A program made the position numbers and the translations under genes. A stretch of 64,000 nucleotides of DNA from an uncultured Acidimicrobiaceae bacterium (GTDB taxonomy: Bacteria; Actinomycetota; Acidimicrobiia; Spongiisociales; UBA5794), in NCBI GenBank assembly GCA_964632475.1, contig CAZWDQ010000001.1, positions 3,842-67,841 on the forward strand, given 5' to 3'. Shown here in pieces: positions 55,546 to 64,000 of the stretch. Under the pieces are notes generated by a model, which saw only the letters and a list, made by a program, of their open reading frames with translations, had not been told where the DNA came from and did no database searches. The stretch's first letter is position 1. Each line of letters starts with the position of its first letter.

Positions 55546-57978
55546 ATGACGAACGAAGAACAGAACAACAGAGTCGAGGCCATCGACATCGAGCGCGAGA
55601 TGCAGGACTCGTTCCTGGAGTACGCGATGTCGGTCATCGTGTCGCGCGCGCTCCCCGACGTGCGAGACGGCTTGAAGCCCGTGCATCGTCGCATCCTCTA
55701 CGCCATGCACGATGCGGGAATCCGCCCGGGGACGCCGTTCCGGAAGTCCGCCAGAGTGGTCGGCGACGTTGTCGGCTGGTTCCATCCTCACTCACCGGAA
55801 GCCGTCTACGACTCGATGGTCCGCCTCGGACAGGACTTCTCCCTGAGAAGCCCTCTGATCCAGCCGCAGGGCAACTTCGGAACCGTGGACGACCCTCCGG
55901 CAGCAATGCGCTACACCGAGGCGCGCATGGCACCGATCGCTGCGCATCTCCTCGAAGGCATCGACGAGGACACCGTCGACTGGACCGACAACTACTCGGG
56001 AGAGCGCGAAGAGCCGAGCGTTCTGCCAGCCCGCTTCCCGAACCTGCTTGTCAACGGGTCGACGGGAATCGCCGTTGGAATGGCGACCAACATTCCGCCG
56101 CACAACCTCACCGAGGTTGTCAACGCGGTGCTCCACGGTCTCGATCATCCAGAGGCGACGGTCAGCGACATCTCCGAGTTCGTCAAAGGCCCGGACTTCC
56201 CGACCGGGGCCTACATCGTCGGCGTGAGCGGCGTCAACCAAGCGCTCGCAACCGGCCGTGGCTCGGTGAAGATGCGTGCCGTCACCGATATCGTGGAGAC
56301 GAACCGCGGTCGCATGGCGATCATCGCCACCGAGATTCCCTATCAGGTCTCCCGTGATCGCATCATGGCCAAGACGGCGGAACTCGTTCGTAAGAAGGTT
56401 CTCGTAGGGATCGCCGACTTGCGCGACGAATCGGATCGGGAAGGCACCCGGTTGGTCATCGAGCTCCGCAAAGACGCCAACCCACAGGTCATTCTCAACC
56501 AGCTCTTCAAGCACACGCAGCTCGAAGAGAACTTCTCGGTCAATCAGATCGCCCTCGTCGACGGCGTGCCCCGGACACTCAATATCGCCGAGATGGTTCA
56601 CTACTACATCGCTCATCAGCTCGAGGTGATCGAGCGTCGGAGCCGGTTCCGTCTCGCGAAGGCAGAGGCAAGAGCCCACATCGTCGAGGGTCTGCTCATC
56701 GCTCTCGACAACATCGACGAAGTGGTCGAGATCATCAAGTCGTCAGAGGACGTAGGTGCGGCACGGGCTGCCCTGATGGAGCGGTTCGCTTTGAGTGAGA
56801 TCCAGGCGAACCACATTCTCGACATGCCGCTGCGTCGTCTCACCGCACTCGAGACGGGCAAGCTCCGCGAGGAGTACGAGCAACTCCAGGCGCTGATCGG
56901 AGAGCTCGAGGCTCTCCTGGCCAGCGAGGAGAAGCGCCGGATCCTCATCGGTGAAGAGCTCACGGTCATCCGGGACAAGTTCGGAGACAAGCGCAGGAGC
57001 CGGATCATTCCCGACGTTGGGGAGATGTCGCTCGAGGATTTGATCGCCGACGAGGAGCTCGTCGTGACGGTTTCAGCGGCTGGCTATATCAAGGCAGTAA
57101 TCGCCAAGACATACCGGACACAGGGTCGAGGGGGACGCGGTGTGCGTGGCGCCGCCGTCCGGGAGGACGACGTCATCGAGCACGTGATCCACACGACGGC
57201 GCACGCGTATCTCCTGATCTTCACCAACCGTGGGAAGGTCTATCGGGTCCGGGCTCACGAGATCCCGCGCAAGGACCGCAACGCCAAGGGCGTCCTCGTC
57301 CAGTCGGTGCTGCCGATGGATCCCGACGAGAACATCGAGGCGGTGATCGATACCCGCGACTACGAGACCCACCAGTACCTCGTGATGTTCACGAAGTTGG
57401 GACAGGTGAAGAAGTCGAAGTTCAGTGCCTACGACTCCAGGAATCAAGTGCTGGTTGCGATCAAGCTTCAGGATGGTGACGAGGTTGTCGCCGTTCGGGC
57501 CACGAGAGGCGACAACGACCTGCTCATGTTCACCAGAAAGGGACAAGGCATCCGCTTCGCTGAGAGTGACGCTCGCCCGCTGGGAAGAGCCTCGCAGGGA
57601 GTGAGGGGCATCAGGCTGCGTGACGATGACGTCGTCGTCGCCGCGACGACCGCTGAGGAGGGTGGAGAAATCCTGCTGCTCACTAGCGGCGGCTATGGGA
57701 AGCGGACCAAGATGGAGCTCTTCCGCCGTCAGGGACGTGGAGGAATGGGCGTCAAGGCCATGAAGCTCACCAAGGTTCGCGGCAAGCTCATCGCTGCCAA
57801 AGCGGTGGGTCCCGAAGACGAGGTGTTCATGATCTCGTCAGATGGCATTGTCATCCGCCAGGCCGTGTCCGACATCAGCCGCCAGAGACGGGAGTCGACC
57901 GGTGTGAGGGTCGTAAGCCTCGACGGGGGAACAGACCTCTCAGCGGCGGCCCTTGTCCCCCAGACCGAAGAAGAGTAG
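55546..57978 (+). CDS. gyrA: DNA gyrase subunit A
   Basis: The Tyr sits in the AMRYTEARM context, with a C-terminal beta-pinwheel repeat region. The protein is 810 aa. Confidence 0.95.
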   Translation: MTNEEQNNRVEAIDIEREMQDSFLEYAMSVIVSRALPDVRDGLKPVHRRILYAMHDAGIRPGTPFRKSARVVGDVVGWFHPHSPEAVYDSMVRLGQDFSLRSPLIQPQGNFGTVDDPPAAMRYTEARMAPIAAHLLEGIDEDTVDWTDNYSGEREEPSVLPARFPNLLVNGSTGIAVGMATNIPPHNLTEVVNAVLHGLDHPEATVSDISEFVKGPDFPTGAYIVGVSGVNQALATGRGSVKMRAVTDIVETNRGRMAIIATEIPYQVSRDRIMAKTAELVRKKVLVGIADLRDESDREGTRLVIELRKDANPQVILNQLFKHTQLEENFSVNQIALVDGVPRTLNIAEMVHYYIAHQLEVIERRSRFRLAKAEARAHIVEGLLIALDNIDEVVEIIKSSEDVGAARAALMERFALSEIQANHILDMPLRRLTALETGKLREEYEQLQALIGELEALLASEEKRRILIGEELTVIRDKFGDKRRSRIIPDVGEMSLEDLIADEELVVTVSAAGYIKAVIAKTYRTQGRGGRGVRGAAVREDDVIEHVIHTTAHAYLLIFTNRGKVYRVRAHEIPRKDRNAKGVLVQSVLPMDPDENIEAVIDTRDYETHQYLVMFTKLGQVKKSKFSAYDSRNQVLVAIKLQDGDEVVAVRATRGDNDLLMFTRKGQGIRFAESDARPLGRASQGVRGIRLRDDDVVVAATTAEEGGEILLLTSGGYGKRTKMELFRRQGRGGMGVKAMKLTKVRGKLIAAKAVGPEDEVFMISSDGIVIRQAVSDISRQRRESTGVRVVSLDGGTDLSAAALVPQTEEE

Positions 57979-58109
57979 AGACGCCAGCTACCAGCCCCCA
58001 GCCGCCAGCCAGAACCGCCCTCCGACTCACTGCGATGTTGGGAGTCTTGCTGGTAGCTGGAGGCTCGCAAACCCCCGGTCTATTCGGACCCCGTTCCTAC
58101 AATCGTTCC

Positions 58110-58580
58110 ATGGCTGTTCGGCGTGTTCGGCGGGTCATCCGCAAGATCGATCCATGGACGGTGCTCAAGGTCTCGCTCGTACTGAACGCGATCGGAGCCC
58201 TCGTGTTCGTCCTCGGCGTGTGGGTGATGTGGTCGCTCGCTGTTCAGCGGGGGATCCCGGACAAGTTCGCCGAGATCGTCGACAACTTCTCTCTCGTGTT
58301 CACCCCCAACGGCGAACTCTATTTCCGGGCCGTCGTGTTCTTCTCGATCGTGCTCTTTGTGACGCTTACCGGGGTGTTCACGCTCGGTGCCGTTTTGTAC
58401 AACCTCATATCGGACGTCGTCGGAGGCGTGGAACTGATCGTCCTCGAGGAGACGTACGTCGTGCCTGCAACGAGAACAGCACCACTACGCCCCGCCGTCC
58501 ACGTTCAGACCAACGGTGGAAACGGTGGAAGCGGCGATACGAAGACCGAACCCGTCGCCGTCGTTACCGATGACGACTGA
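58110..58580 (+). CDS. DUF3566-like transmembrane protein (Rv0007-like, origin-proximal)
   Basis: It has a basic N-terminus (MAVRRVRRVIRKIDPW) and three TM helices. The position after gyrA is conserved. Confidence 0.7.
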   Translation: MAVRRVRRVIRKIDPWTVLKVSLVLNAIGALVFVLGVWVMWSLAVQRGIPDKFAEIVDNFSLVFTPNGELYFRAVVFFSIVLFVTLTGVFTLGAVLYNLISDVVGGVELIVLEETYVVPATRTAPLRPAVHVQTNGGNGGSGDTKTEPVAVVTDDD

Positions 58581-58583
58581 CCC

Positions 58584-60596
58584 CTAGAGGCGCGGAGCTT
58601 CGAGTTCGAGGGACAGGCGGATCGACGCAGACGGTCCCGACGTCGAGACGTTCAATGGAATCTCGAACCGGGTCTGTTCGAACAGACACAGCCCCTCAGC
58701 GTCCTTGCGGCACCACACCAGCGCCAGATCGGCAGTGACCATGCCGAGCCCTTCGTGGAGATCCAGAGGGACCACCACAGGGAACGTTGTTCCGGTCAGA
58801 TCGACGCGGTCACCGTCGGGGAACGAGGCAACGCTGCCCTCATCGGCGAGGAAGAGTGACGAAGAAGCCTCCTCGTTGACCTTGTATCCATCCGGGACGG
58901 CAACGTCGAGGACGAGGTCCGCGGTTCCCGGTCCTGACGAGACGGCAGCGAGGGTGATGACCATCCCGAGGAAGTCCTCGGCTCCCGGTATCGAGAGGAA
59001 AGCATCGAGTCCGGACAGCACGATTGTGGAGGCGATGCCCGCGGTGAGGTCGATATGCCGGATTGCGTGGTTGTTCGTGTCAGCCACCCACAGCACATCT
59101 CCGTCGGCCGAGAGACCGCCTGGCTCGTAGAACAGAGGGTCGGGTCCGTCCCTCCATCCCTGCTCGTCGCCGAACAGCGACACAGCGGTATTCGTTGATG
59201 GATCCACCGACTTGATCTTCGAGTTGTACGTGTCGGCGACCAGGAGAAGCCCGTCGTGCCAGTCGATCCCGAGCGGATGCTGGAATCGGGCCCCAGTTCC
59301 TGTACCGTCTTCGTCCCCGAATTCGAAGAGATTCGCCGCACCTCCTGCGACGAGATCGGTCACTCCGTCGGGGGTGCTGATCTCCGCGCTCCGGATCGAG
59401 CTTGACTCCGAGTCCGCGAAGTACAGGATGCCCTCGGGATCGAGCGCCAATCCGGAAGGTTGCGCCAGGGCGGCCTCGAGGAGAGGACCGTTCGCTGTGC
59501 CTTCTGCTCCGCTGCCAACCGATGGTGCAGCGGTTTGATCGCTCAGGTTGATGGTCCATACCTGGTGGGTCCCCGCGTTGGCAACGTAGAGATGGTCGCC
59601 GGAGAGTTCGAGAGCCCATGGCGAATTCAGTTCGACGTCATTCAGGGCGCCGCCGATCGGGGGCCAGCCTTTTGCACCGGTTCCGGTGAGTGTCGTGACG
59701 GCGCCCGTTGTGAGGTCGATCTGTCGGATGGCGTGGTTGTTCGTGTCGGCGACGTAGAGCGTGTCGCCGTCGATGACGAGGCCCTGAGGGGAGGAGAAGG
59801 ACGAATCGGTGCCGGCGCCGTCATCGAACCCCTCGAGTCCGGATCCGAAGACGGCCGTGACGGTGCCGTCGTCGGTGGCAGCGATGATCTGGTGATGACC
59901 CGTGTCGGCGATGAAGATTCGGTCGGATAGCGGATCGGCGTGGACCTTCCCCGGGTAGGAGAGGACGGTGTTTGGCGACCGATCCTGCTCGAGCCGTACG
60001 GGGAGGGGTGTCGGATCGAGACCATCGATCGCGGAGAATTCGGCGACGAGGTTCGCGACCACCGGCTGAACCACCTCGTACACGCCTTCTCCTGCGTGGA
60101 TTCCGACGGCGTTTCCTGCCGGGTCGATGAGGGCCACCGTTGGCCATGCTTGGGCGCCCCACGAGTCCCAAACCTCGAAATTGACATCGTTCACGACCGG
60201 ATGGCGGATGTCGTACCGCTGGATGATCTCCCGGATGTTGTCGGTCTCACCCTCGTTGGCGAACTTGGCCGAGTGGACACCGACGACGACAAGATCGTTG
60301 GGGAACTCCGTTTCGAGGCGCTTGAGGTCCGGGATGATGTGAATGCAGTTGATGCACCCGTACGTCCAGAAGTCGAGCAGAACGATCTTTCCTTGCAGCG
60401 CCGCTAGATCGAGGGGTCGGTCGACGTTCAGCCAATCGAGACCCGCGGGGAACTCAGGGGCTGGTGTCGTTCCAGCGGCAGACGCACCCGTCGGAACGGC
60501 CACCGTGGTTGGGGCGGCGTCAACTGAGGCGCCGTCGCTCGTGCAGGCTGTGGAGACGAGCGCCATGGCACCAACGAGCAAGAGGAACTTCCGCAT
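58584..60596 (-). CDS. secreted lipoprotein: thioredoxin-like (redoxin) domain fused to NHL-repeat beta-propeller (NHLRC2-like)
   Basis: The lipobox is LVSTACTS, the Trx site is WTYGCINC, and there are multiple NHL repeats (LYVADTNNHAIR x2, YFADSESSSIR, LLVADTYNSKIK). Confidence 0.8.
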   Translation of the reverse strand: MRKFLLLVGAMALVSTACTSDGASVDAAPTTVAVPTGASAAGTTPAPEFPAGLDWLNVDRPLDLAALQGKIVLLDFWTYGCINCIHIIPDLKRLETEFPNDLVVVGVHSAKFANEGETDNIREIIQRYDIRHPVVNDVNFEVWDSWGAQAWPTVALIDPAGNAVGIHAGEGVYEVVQPVVANLVAEFSAIDGLDPTPLPVRLEQDRSPNTVLSYPGKVHADPLSDRIFIADTGHHQIIAATDDGTVTAVFGSGLEGFDDGAGTDSSFSSPQGLVIDGDTLYVADTNNHAIRQIDLTTGAVTTLTGTGAKGWPPIGGALNDVELNSPWALELSGDHLYVANAGTHQVWTINLSDQTAAPSVGSGAEGTANGPLLEAALAQPSGLALDPEGILYFADSESSSIRSAEISTPDGVTDLVAGGAANLFEFGDEDGTGTGARFQHPLGIDWHDGLLLVADTYNSKIKSVDPSTNTAVSLFGDEQGWRDGPDPLFYEPGGLSADGDVLWVADTNNHAIRHIDLTAGIASTIVLSGLDAFLSIPGAEDFLGMVITLAAVSSGPGTADLVLDVAVPDGYKVNEEASSSLFLADEGSVASFPDGDRVDLTGTTFPVVVPLDLHEGLGMVTADLALVWCRKDAEGLCLFEQTRFEIPLNVSTSGPSASIRLSLELEAPRL

Positions 60597-60640
60597 GGGT
60601 GTTATTCAACCCCAAGAGAAGGACTACGGGGACGATGAAA

Positions 60641-61369
60641 CTATGAAGTTTCGGTGAACGAAGCCACGTCCAGGCCGATGCGGAGGGCAGACACCAGGTA
60701 CTGGTCGGCTGTGTCTTCCGGACGGTTCTCGCCCGGGGAGAGAACCCCTGAGGCTGCCAGAACGCCTCCAGCTGCCAGGGCGATGGCTTCGAGGTGAGTA
60801 GCGAGATCGGCGATGCCAAGTGTGCGGGTCTCTTCGTTCGTGGTGGATCGTACGATGACGCCGGCCCATTGATCGGGGACCGTTGCGGCAACCTCGAGAC
60901 GACGGTTCGTCATCCTTCGTCGAGTCCCCCAGCGGGACCCGACGGGTTCCGGGAACATCAGCGGCTCGCCATGACGCAAAGGCTTACCCGGTTCGGTCCA
61001 GGCGAAGAGGATCTGCGCGTCGGTACCGGCGATGTCGGCTTCACGAGTGGCAAGGCTCCGTCCGATTCCGGTGACGAGGTTGGCGCCGAAGAGCACGGGG
61101 ACATCTGCGGTATCGGTCTGTGGGTCGAACGTGTCCGCCCAGAGAACACTGGGGACCCCGGCCGAGGCGGCTTCAGCGAGGATCGCAGAGTCGGGATCGT
61201 CGGTGACAACTGCGTCGAACCCGGCAAGGTCATCGATTCGGCGAATTCTCGAGTCCTTGTCCTTGACGTCGCGACGGACGACACCGAGGAGGTCGAGGCC
61301 CTCTTCCCCCATGAGGAGGCGGCCGGCCCGAACCCCGATCTCTGATGTGTGGTCGAGGGCGATCCTCAT
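60641..61369 (-). CDS. hypothetical protein (Rossmann-like N-terminus); possible frameshifted N-terminal signal peptide upstream
   Basis: MRIALDHTSEIG... has no clear family. A 44-codon ORF (61369-61500) encoding a signal-peptide-like MKPIVNTLVLAAAAAVAVTLVA ends in TGA overlapping the upstream ATG 61394-61396 (start of the supplied 60641..61396 ORF) in the +1 frame. Confidence 0.5.
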   Translation of the reverse strand: MRIALDHTSEIGVRAGRLLMGEEGLDLLGVVRRDVKDKDSRIRRIDDLAGFDAVVTDDPDSAILAEAASAGVPSVLWADTFDPQTDTADVPVLFGANLVTGIGRSLATREADIAGTDAQILFAWTEPGKPLRHGEPLMFPEPVGSRWGTRRRMTNRRLEVAATVPDQWAGVIVRSTTNEETRTLGIADLATHLEAIALAAGGVLAASGVLSPGENRPEDTADQYLVSALRIGLDVASFTETS

Positions 61370-61524
61370 GGTGACGGCTGGTCGACCGGCTGCCATGAAC
61401 CCTGACGGACAGGCGGCCGACTCGGTCGGCGGGTGGCGACAAGCGTGACGGCGACCGCAGCAGCCGCAGCAAGAACAAGAGTGTTGACAATGGGTTTCAT
61501 TGGGCTGGAGCGTAGTGGGAGCTT

Positions 61525-61600
61525 GGGTGGGAGTAGACCAGTAGCTCAGTAGCTCAGTAGCCGGTGGAGCAGTGCTGATCTACTGATTTACTGATCTACC
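61525..61600. repeat. (CAGTAGCT)x3 and (CTGATYTA)x3 octamer tandem repeats
   Basis: The repeats were read directly. They are stop-codon-rich on both strands and lie just upstream of the cobalamin riboswitch. Confidence 0.5.
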
Positions 61601-61616
61601 AAGTATCCCGAAGCCA

Positions 61617-61775
61617 GGTGATGGACTACGATCACTGTTCTCGGGGTTGTCCCGGGCGCTGTTTGTGAAGCGAAGTCCGGTGTGAATCCGGCGCTGTCCC
61701 GCAACTGTGAAGCCCTCCGGGGACGAGCCAGGTCGCCTTTCCACCAGTGTGCGACCGAACCTTCGGAGGACGGGT
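61617..61775 (+). ncRNA. cobalamin (AdoCbl) riboswitch
   Basis: The conserved core is GAAGTCCGGTGTGAATCCGGCGCTGTCCCGCAACTGTGAAGCC plus a B12-box-like GAGCCAGGTCGCC. It is followed by a BtuF-like SBP / FecCD permease / ATPase operon. Confidence 0.75.
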
Positions 61776-61819
61776 CCCGTCGCTTCCATGAAGGCTCCTC
61801 CCGAGAGAGGAGCAACATC

Positions 61820-62836
61820 ATGGTCCGCAGAATCTTGCTCATAGTCACCGCAATTGCGCTCATCGCAGCCGCGTGTGGAGAATCGTCTGATACCGCCGGG
61901 GCCCCGTCGACGACACTCGGCACCACATCCACCGCGGCGGTGACCACGACCGCACCTGCGTCGTCGACGACGAGTCAATCCACGACGACGCCGTCCACGA
62001 CGCTGCCCGAAGCATCTGGTTTCCCCGTCACGATCGACGCCCCGAATGGTCCGGTGACGATTGAGGCAAAGCCCGCGAACGTTGTGTCGCTGTCACCAAC
62101 ATCGACGGAAGTGCTCTTCGCTGTTGGGGCCGGCTCACAGGTCGTGGCCGTCGACAGCCAGTCGAACCATCCGACCGAAGCGCCGATGACGGATCTCACG
62201 GGGTTCGAACCGAATCTCGAAGCAATCGCCGGATACGGCGCCGATCTTGTGGTGATCATGTACGACCCGGGTGATGTGATCCCCGGTCTCGAAGCCATCG
62301 GTATCCCCGTGATAATGCACCCATCCGCAGGCACGCTCAACGACGCGTACCAACAGATCGAGCAGATCGGTGCAGCGACGGGTCACATCCAGGAAGCCGA
62401 GGGCCTCGTCGCGTCGATGAAGGCCAAGATTGAGGAGACAACGATTTCGATCGATGGAGGAGGAGCGACGTACTACCACGAGCTAAGCCCCGACTACTAC
62501 TCGGTGACGTCGGCAACGTTCGTCGGTGGGCTCTACACGATGCTCGGCCTCTCCAACGTCGCGGACGGAGCCGACCCGGATGGCTACGGCTACCCGCAAC
62601 TCTCGGCTGAACACATCCTCTCCGAGGACCCGAACATGGTGTTCCTGGCAGACACGAAGTGCTGCGGACAGGATGCCGAAACGGTCGCAGAACGGCCCGG
62701 GTGGGACTCACTCACGGCAGTTCAGGCCGGTGCCATTACGGGGCTCGACGACGATGTAGCGTCTCGTTGGGGACCTCGTGTCGTTGACTTCGTAGCGTCG
62801 ATTGCCGAAGCCGTCACCGAATTGCAGAGATCGTGA
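61820..62836 (+). CDS. ABC transporter substrate-binding lipoprotein, cobalamin/siderophore (BtuF/FecB) class
   Basis: The lipobox is LIAAACGES with a Thr/Ser-rich linker. The class-III PBP fold motifs are present. A GAGAGAGGAG RBS precedes it. Confidence 0.8.
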   Translation: MVRRILLIVTAIALIAAACGESSDTAGAPSTTLGTTSTAAVTTTAPASSTTSQSTTTPSTTLPEASGFPVTIDAPNGPVTIEAKPANVVSLSPTSTEVLFAVGAGSQVVAVDSQSNHPTEAPMTDLTGFEPNLEAIAGYGADLVVIMYDPGDVIPGLEAIGIPVIMHPSAGTLNDAYQQIEQIGAATGHIQEAEGLVASMKAKIEETTISIDGGGATYYHELSPDYYSVTSATFVGGLYTMLGLSNVADGADPDGYGYPQLSAEHILSEDPNMVFLADTKCCGQDAETVAERPGWDSLTAVQAGAITGLDDDVASRWGPRVVDFVASIAEAVTELQRS

Positions 62837-63885
62837 CGGGGGAGGAGATCCGCCCGAGCCGCCTCCACTGGTGGTGGCTCGCCGGGGCCCTCGCCGCCCT
62901 GGCCGGTGCGGTTTTCCTTGCAATCTTGTTGGGCGCCGTCGACCTTGACGCACGATCGGTCCTGCTCTCTGTCGTGGATCGGCTCCCGTTCGTCGACATC
63001 GACTCAGGACTCAACGATCGGCAGGAAGCCATCCTGTGGGAGTTGAGGATGCCCCGCGTCGCACTTGGAGGCATCGTCGGTGCGATGCTCGCCGTTGCCG
63101 GCGGCTCCTATCAGGGGTCGTTCCGGAACCCGCTTGCGGATCCCTACTTGCTCGGTGCCGCGGCAGGGGCGGGTCTCGGTGCGACGATCGCATTTGCCTA
63201 TGGATCCTCACTTCCGTCGGGACCGATCGACACGCTTCCGCTCCTCGCCTTTGTCGGCGGCGTGGCTGGCGTCGCTGCGACCTATGCCGTCGGCTACTCG
63301 GTGAAGGCAGGACGAACGCCGGTGACGCTCATTCTGGCCGGTGTAGCGGTTGCGGCATTCCTCACGGCCGTTCAGACGTATCTCCAGCAACGCAACGCAG
63401 AGACGCTTCGTGAGGTGTACGGATGGATCCTCGGACGGTTGTCGACGGTCGGATGGGGAGAAATCTGGCTGGTGCTCCCATACGTCGTCGTGTCGACGAT
63501 CGTGATCCTTCTCGGGGCCAGAAGACTCGACGTGCTCAGTGTTGGTGACGACGAAGCGGTGACCCTCGGGGTGGATCCGTCACGGGTGCGTCTCGTCATG
63601 GTGTTGGCCGCAACACTTGGAACGGCAGCTGTGGTCGCCGTCTCAGGACTGATCGGTTTCGTCGGGATCGTCGTTCCTCACGCTGTTCGGATCGTCTTCG
63701 GATCCAGCTACCGGGTCGTTCTCCCCCTGTCGGTCGTGTTCGGTGCGACGTTCCTGATCCTCGCGGATCTGCTGGCACGAACGGTCGCTTCCCCGGCGGA
63801 GATCCCAATCGGGGTGGTGACGGCGTTCTTCGGCGCGCCGTTCTTCGCCATTGTGCTTCGCTCCTCGAGAGGACTCGGATCATGA
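62833..63885 (+). CDS. FecCD-family (BtuC-like) ABC transporter permease
   Basis: It has about 9 TM helices and the conserved FecCD region. A GTG start overlaps the SBP stop. Confidence 0.85.
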   Translation: MTGEEIRPSRLHWWWLAGALAALAGAVFLAILLGAVDLDARSVLLSVVDRLPFVDIDSGLNDRQEAILWELRMPRVALGGIVGAMLAVAGGSYQGSFRNPLADPYLLGAAAGAGLGATIAFAYGSSLPSGPIDTLPLLAFVGGVAGVAATYAVGYSVKAGRTPVTLILAGVAVAAFLTAVQTYLQQRNAETLREVYGWILGRLSTVGWGEIWLVLPYVVVSTIVILLGARRLDVLSVGDDEAVTLGVDPSRVRLVMVLAATLGTAAVVAVSGLIGFVGIVVPHAVRIVFGSSYRVVLPLSVVFGATFLILADLLARTVASPAEIPIGVVTAFFGAPFFAIVLRSSRGLGS

Positions 63886-64000
63886 CGGTCGCCCTCTCCC
63901 TCAGTGGTGTCGGTGTCCGATTCAACGGATCGAGGATTCTCGATTCCGTCGACTTGGAGATCGCTCAAGGCGAGTGGCTCGGGATCATCGGGCCGAACGG
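63882..64000 (+). CDS. ABC transporter ATP-binding protein, 3'-truncated by window edge
   Basis: MTVALSLSGVGVRFNGSRILDSVDLEIAQGEWLGIIGPNG approaches Walker A. The ATG overlaps the permease stop (ATGA). Confidence 0.7.
   Translation, partial: MTVALSLSGVGVRFNGSRILDSVDLEIAQGEWLGIIGPN

Noticed and set aside
57985-58059. An 11-bp inverted repeat (CAGCTACCAGC ... GCTGGTAGCTG) with a ~53-nt loop after gyrA.
   Set aside because: The loop is too long for a canonical terminator. No tRNA is present here, unlike mycobacterial gyrA-Rv0007 spacers. It was kept only as a note.

Overview
This is a high-GC actinobacterial chromosome segment that spans the replication origin. The right half carries the canonical origin-proximal set: ECF sigma factor/anti-sigma, trxB, trxA, a CwlM-like amidase, then parB-parA-rsmG-jag-yidC-yidD-rnpA-rpmH on the minus strand, and dnaA-dnaN-recF-DUF721(DciA-like)-gyrB-gyrA on the plus strand. 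DnaA-box clusters sit upstream of dnaA and in the dnaA-dnaN spacer (putative oriC). The left half holds housekeeping genes: ssb/rpsF, panB, a PadR-ino1 operon, nfo, pyrE, an Rv1085c/Rv1086-like hemolysin-III / Z-prenyl diphosphate synthase pair, and an arginine operon (argC-argJ-argB-argR-argG-argH) with no argD/argF. The middle is accessory-looking. It contains a VapBC toxin-antitoxin module, an 8.6-kb sortase-anchored (LPVTG) adhesin built from DUF11 and SdrD-B-like repeats that carries a perfect 1044-bp tandem duplication, a DUF+SHOCT gene pair, a Trx-VKOR fusion, CCA tRNA nucleotidyltransferase, a Zn-ribbon RNase HI, an orphan PilT, a deacetylase/GNAT pair, and a standalone MviN-type pseudokinase gene at the position where mycobacteria carry mviN. 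Non-coding features are a near-perfect PadR-type palindrome, a cobalamin riboswitch ahead of a BtuF/FecCD/ATPase ABC importer, a candidate parS, and a recurring family of stop-codon-rich 7-8-nt tandem repeats at gene junctions. I found no CRISPR array, rRNA, tRNA or transposase. All coordinates were read manually; exact starts are uncertain where stated.
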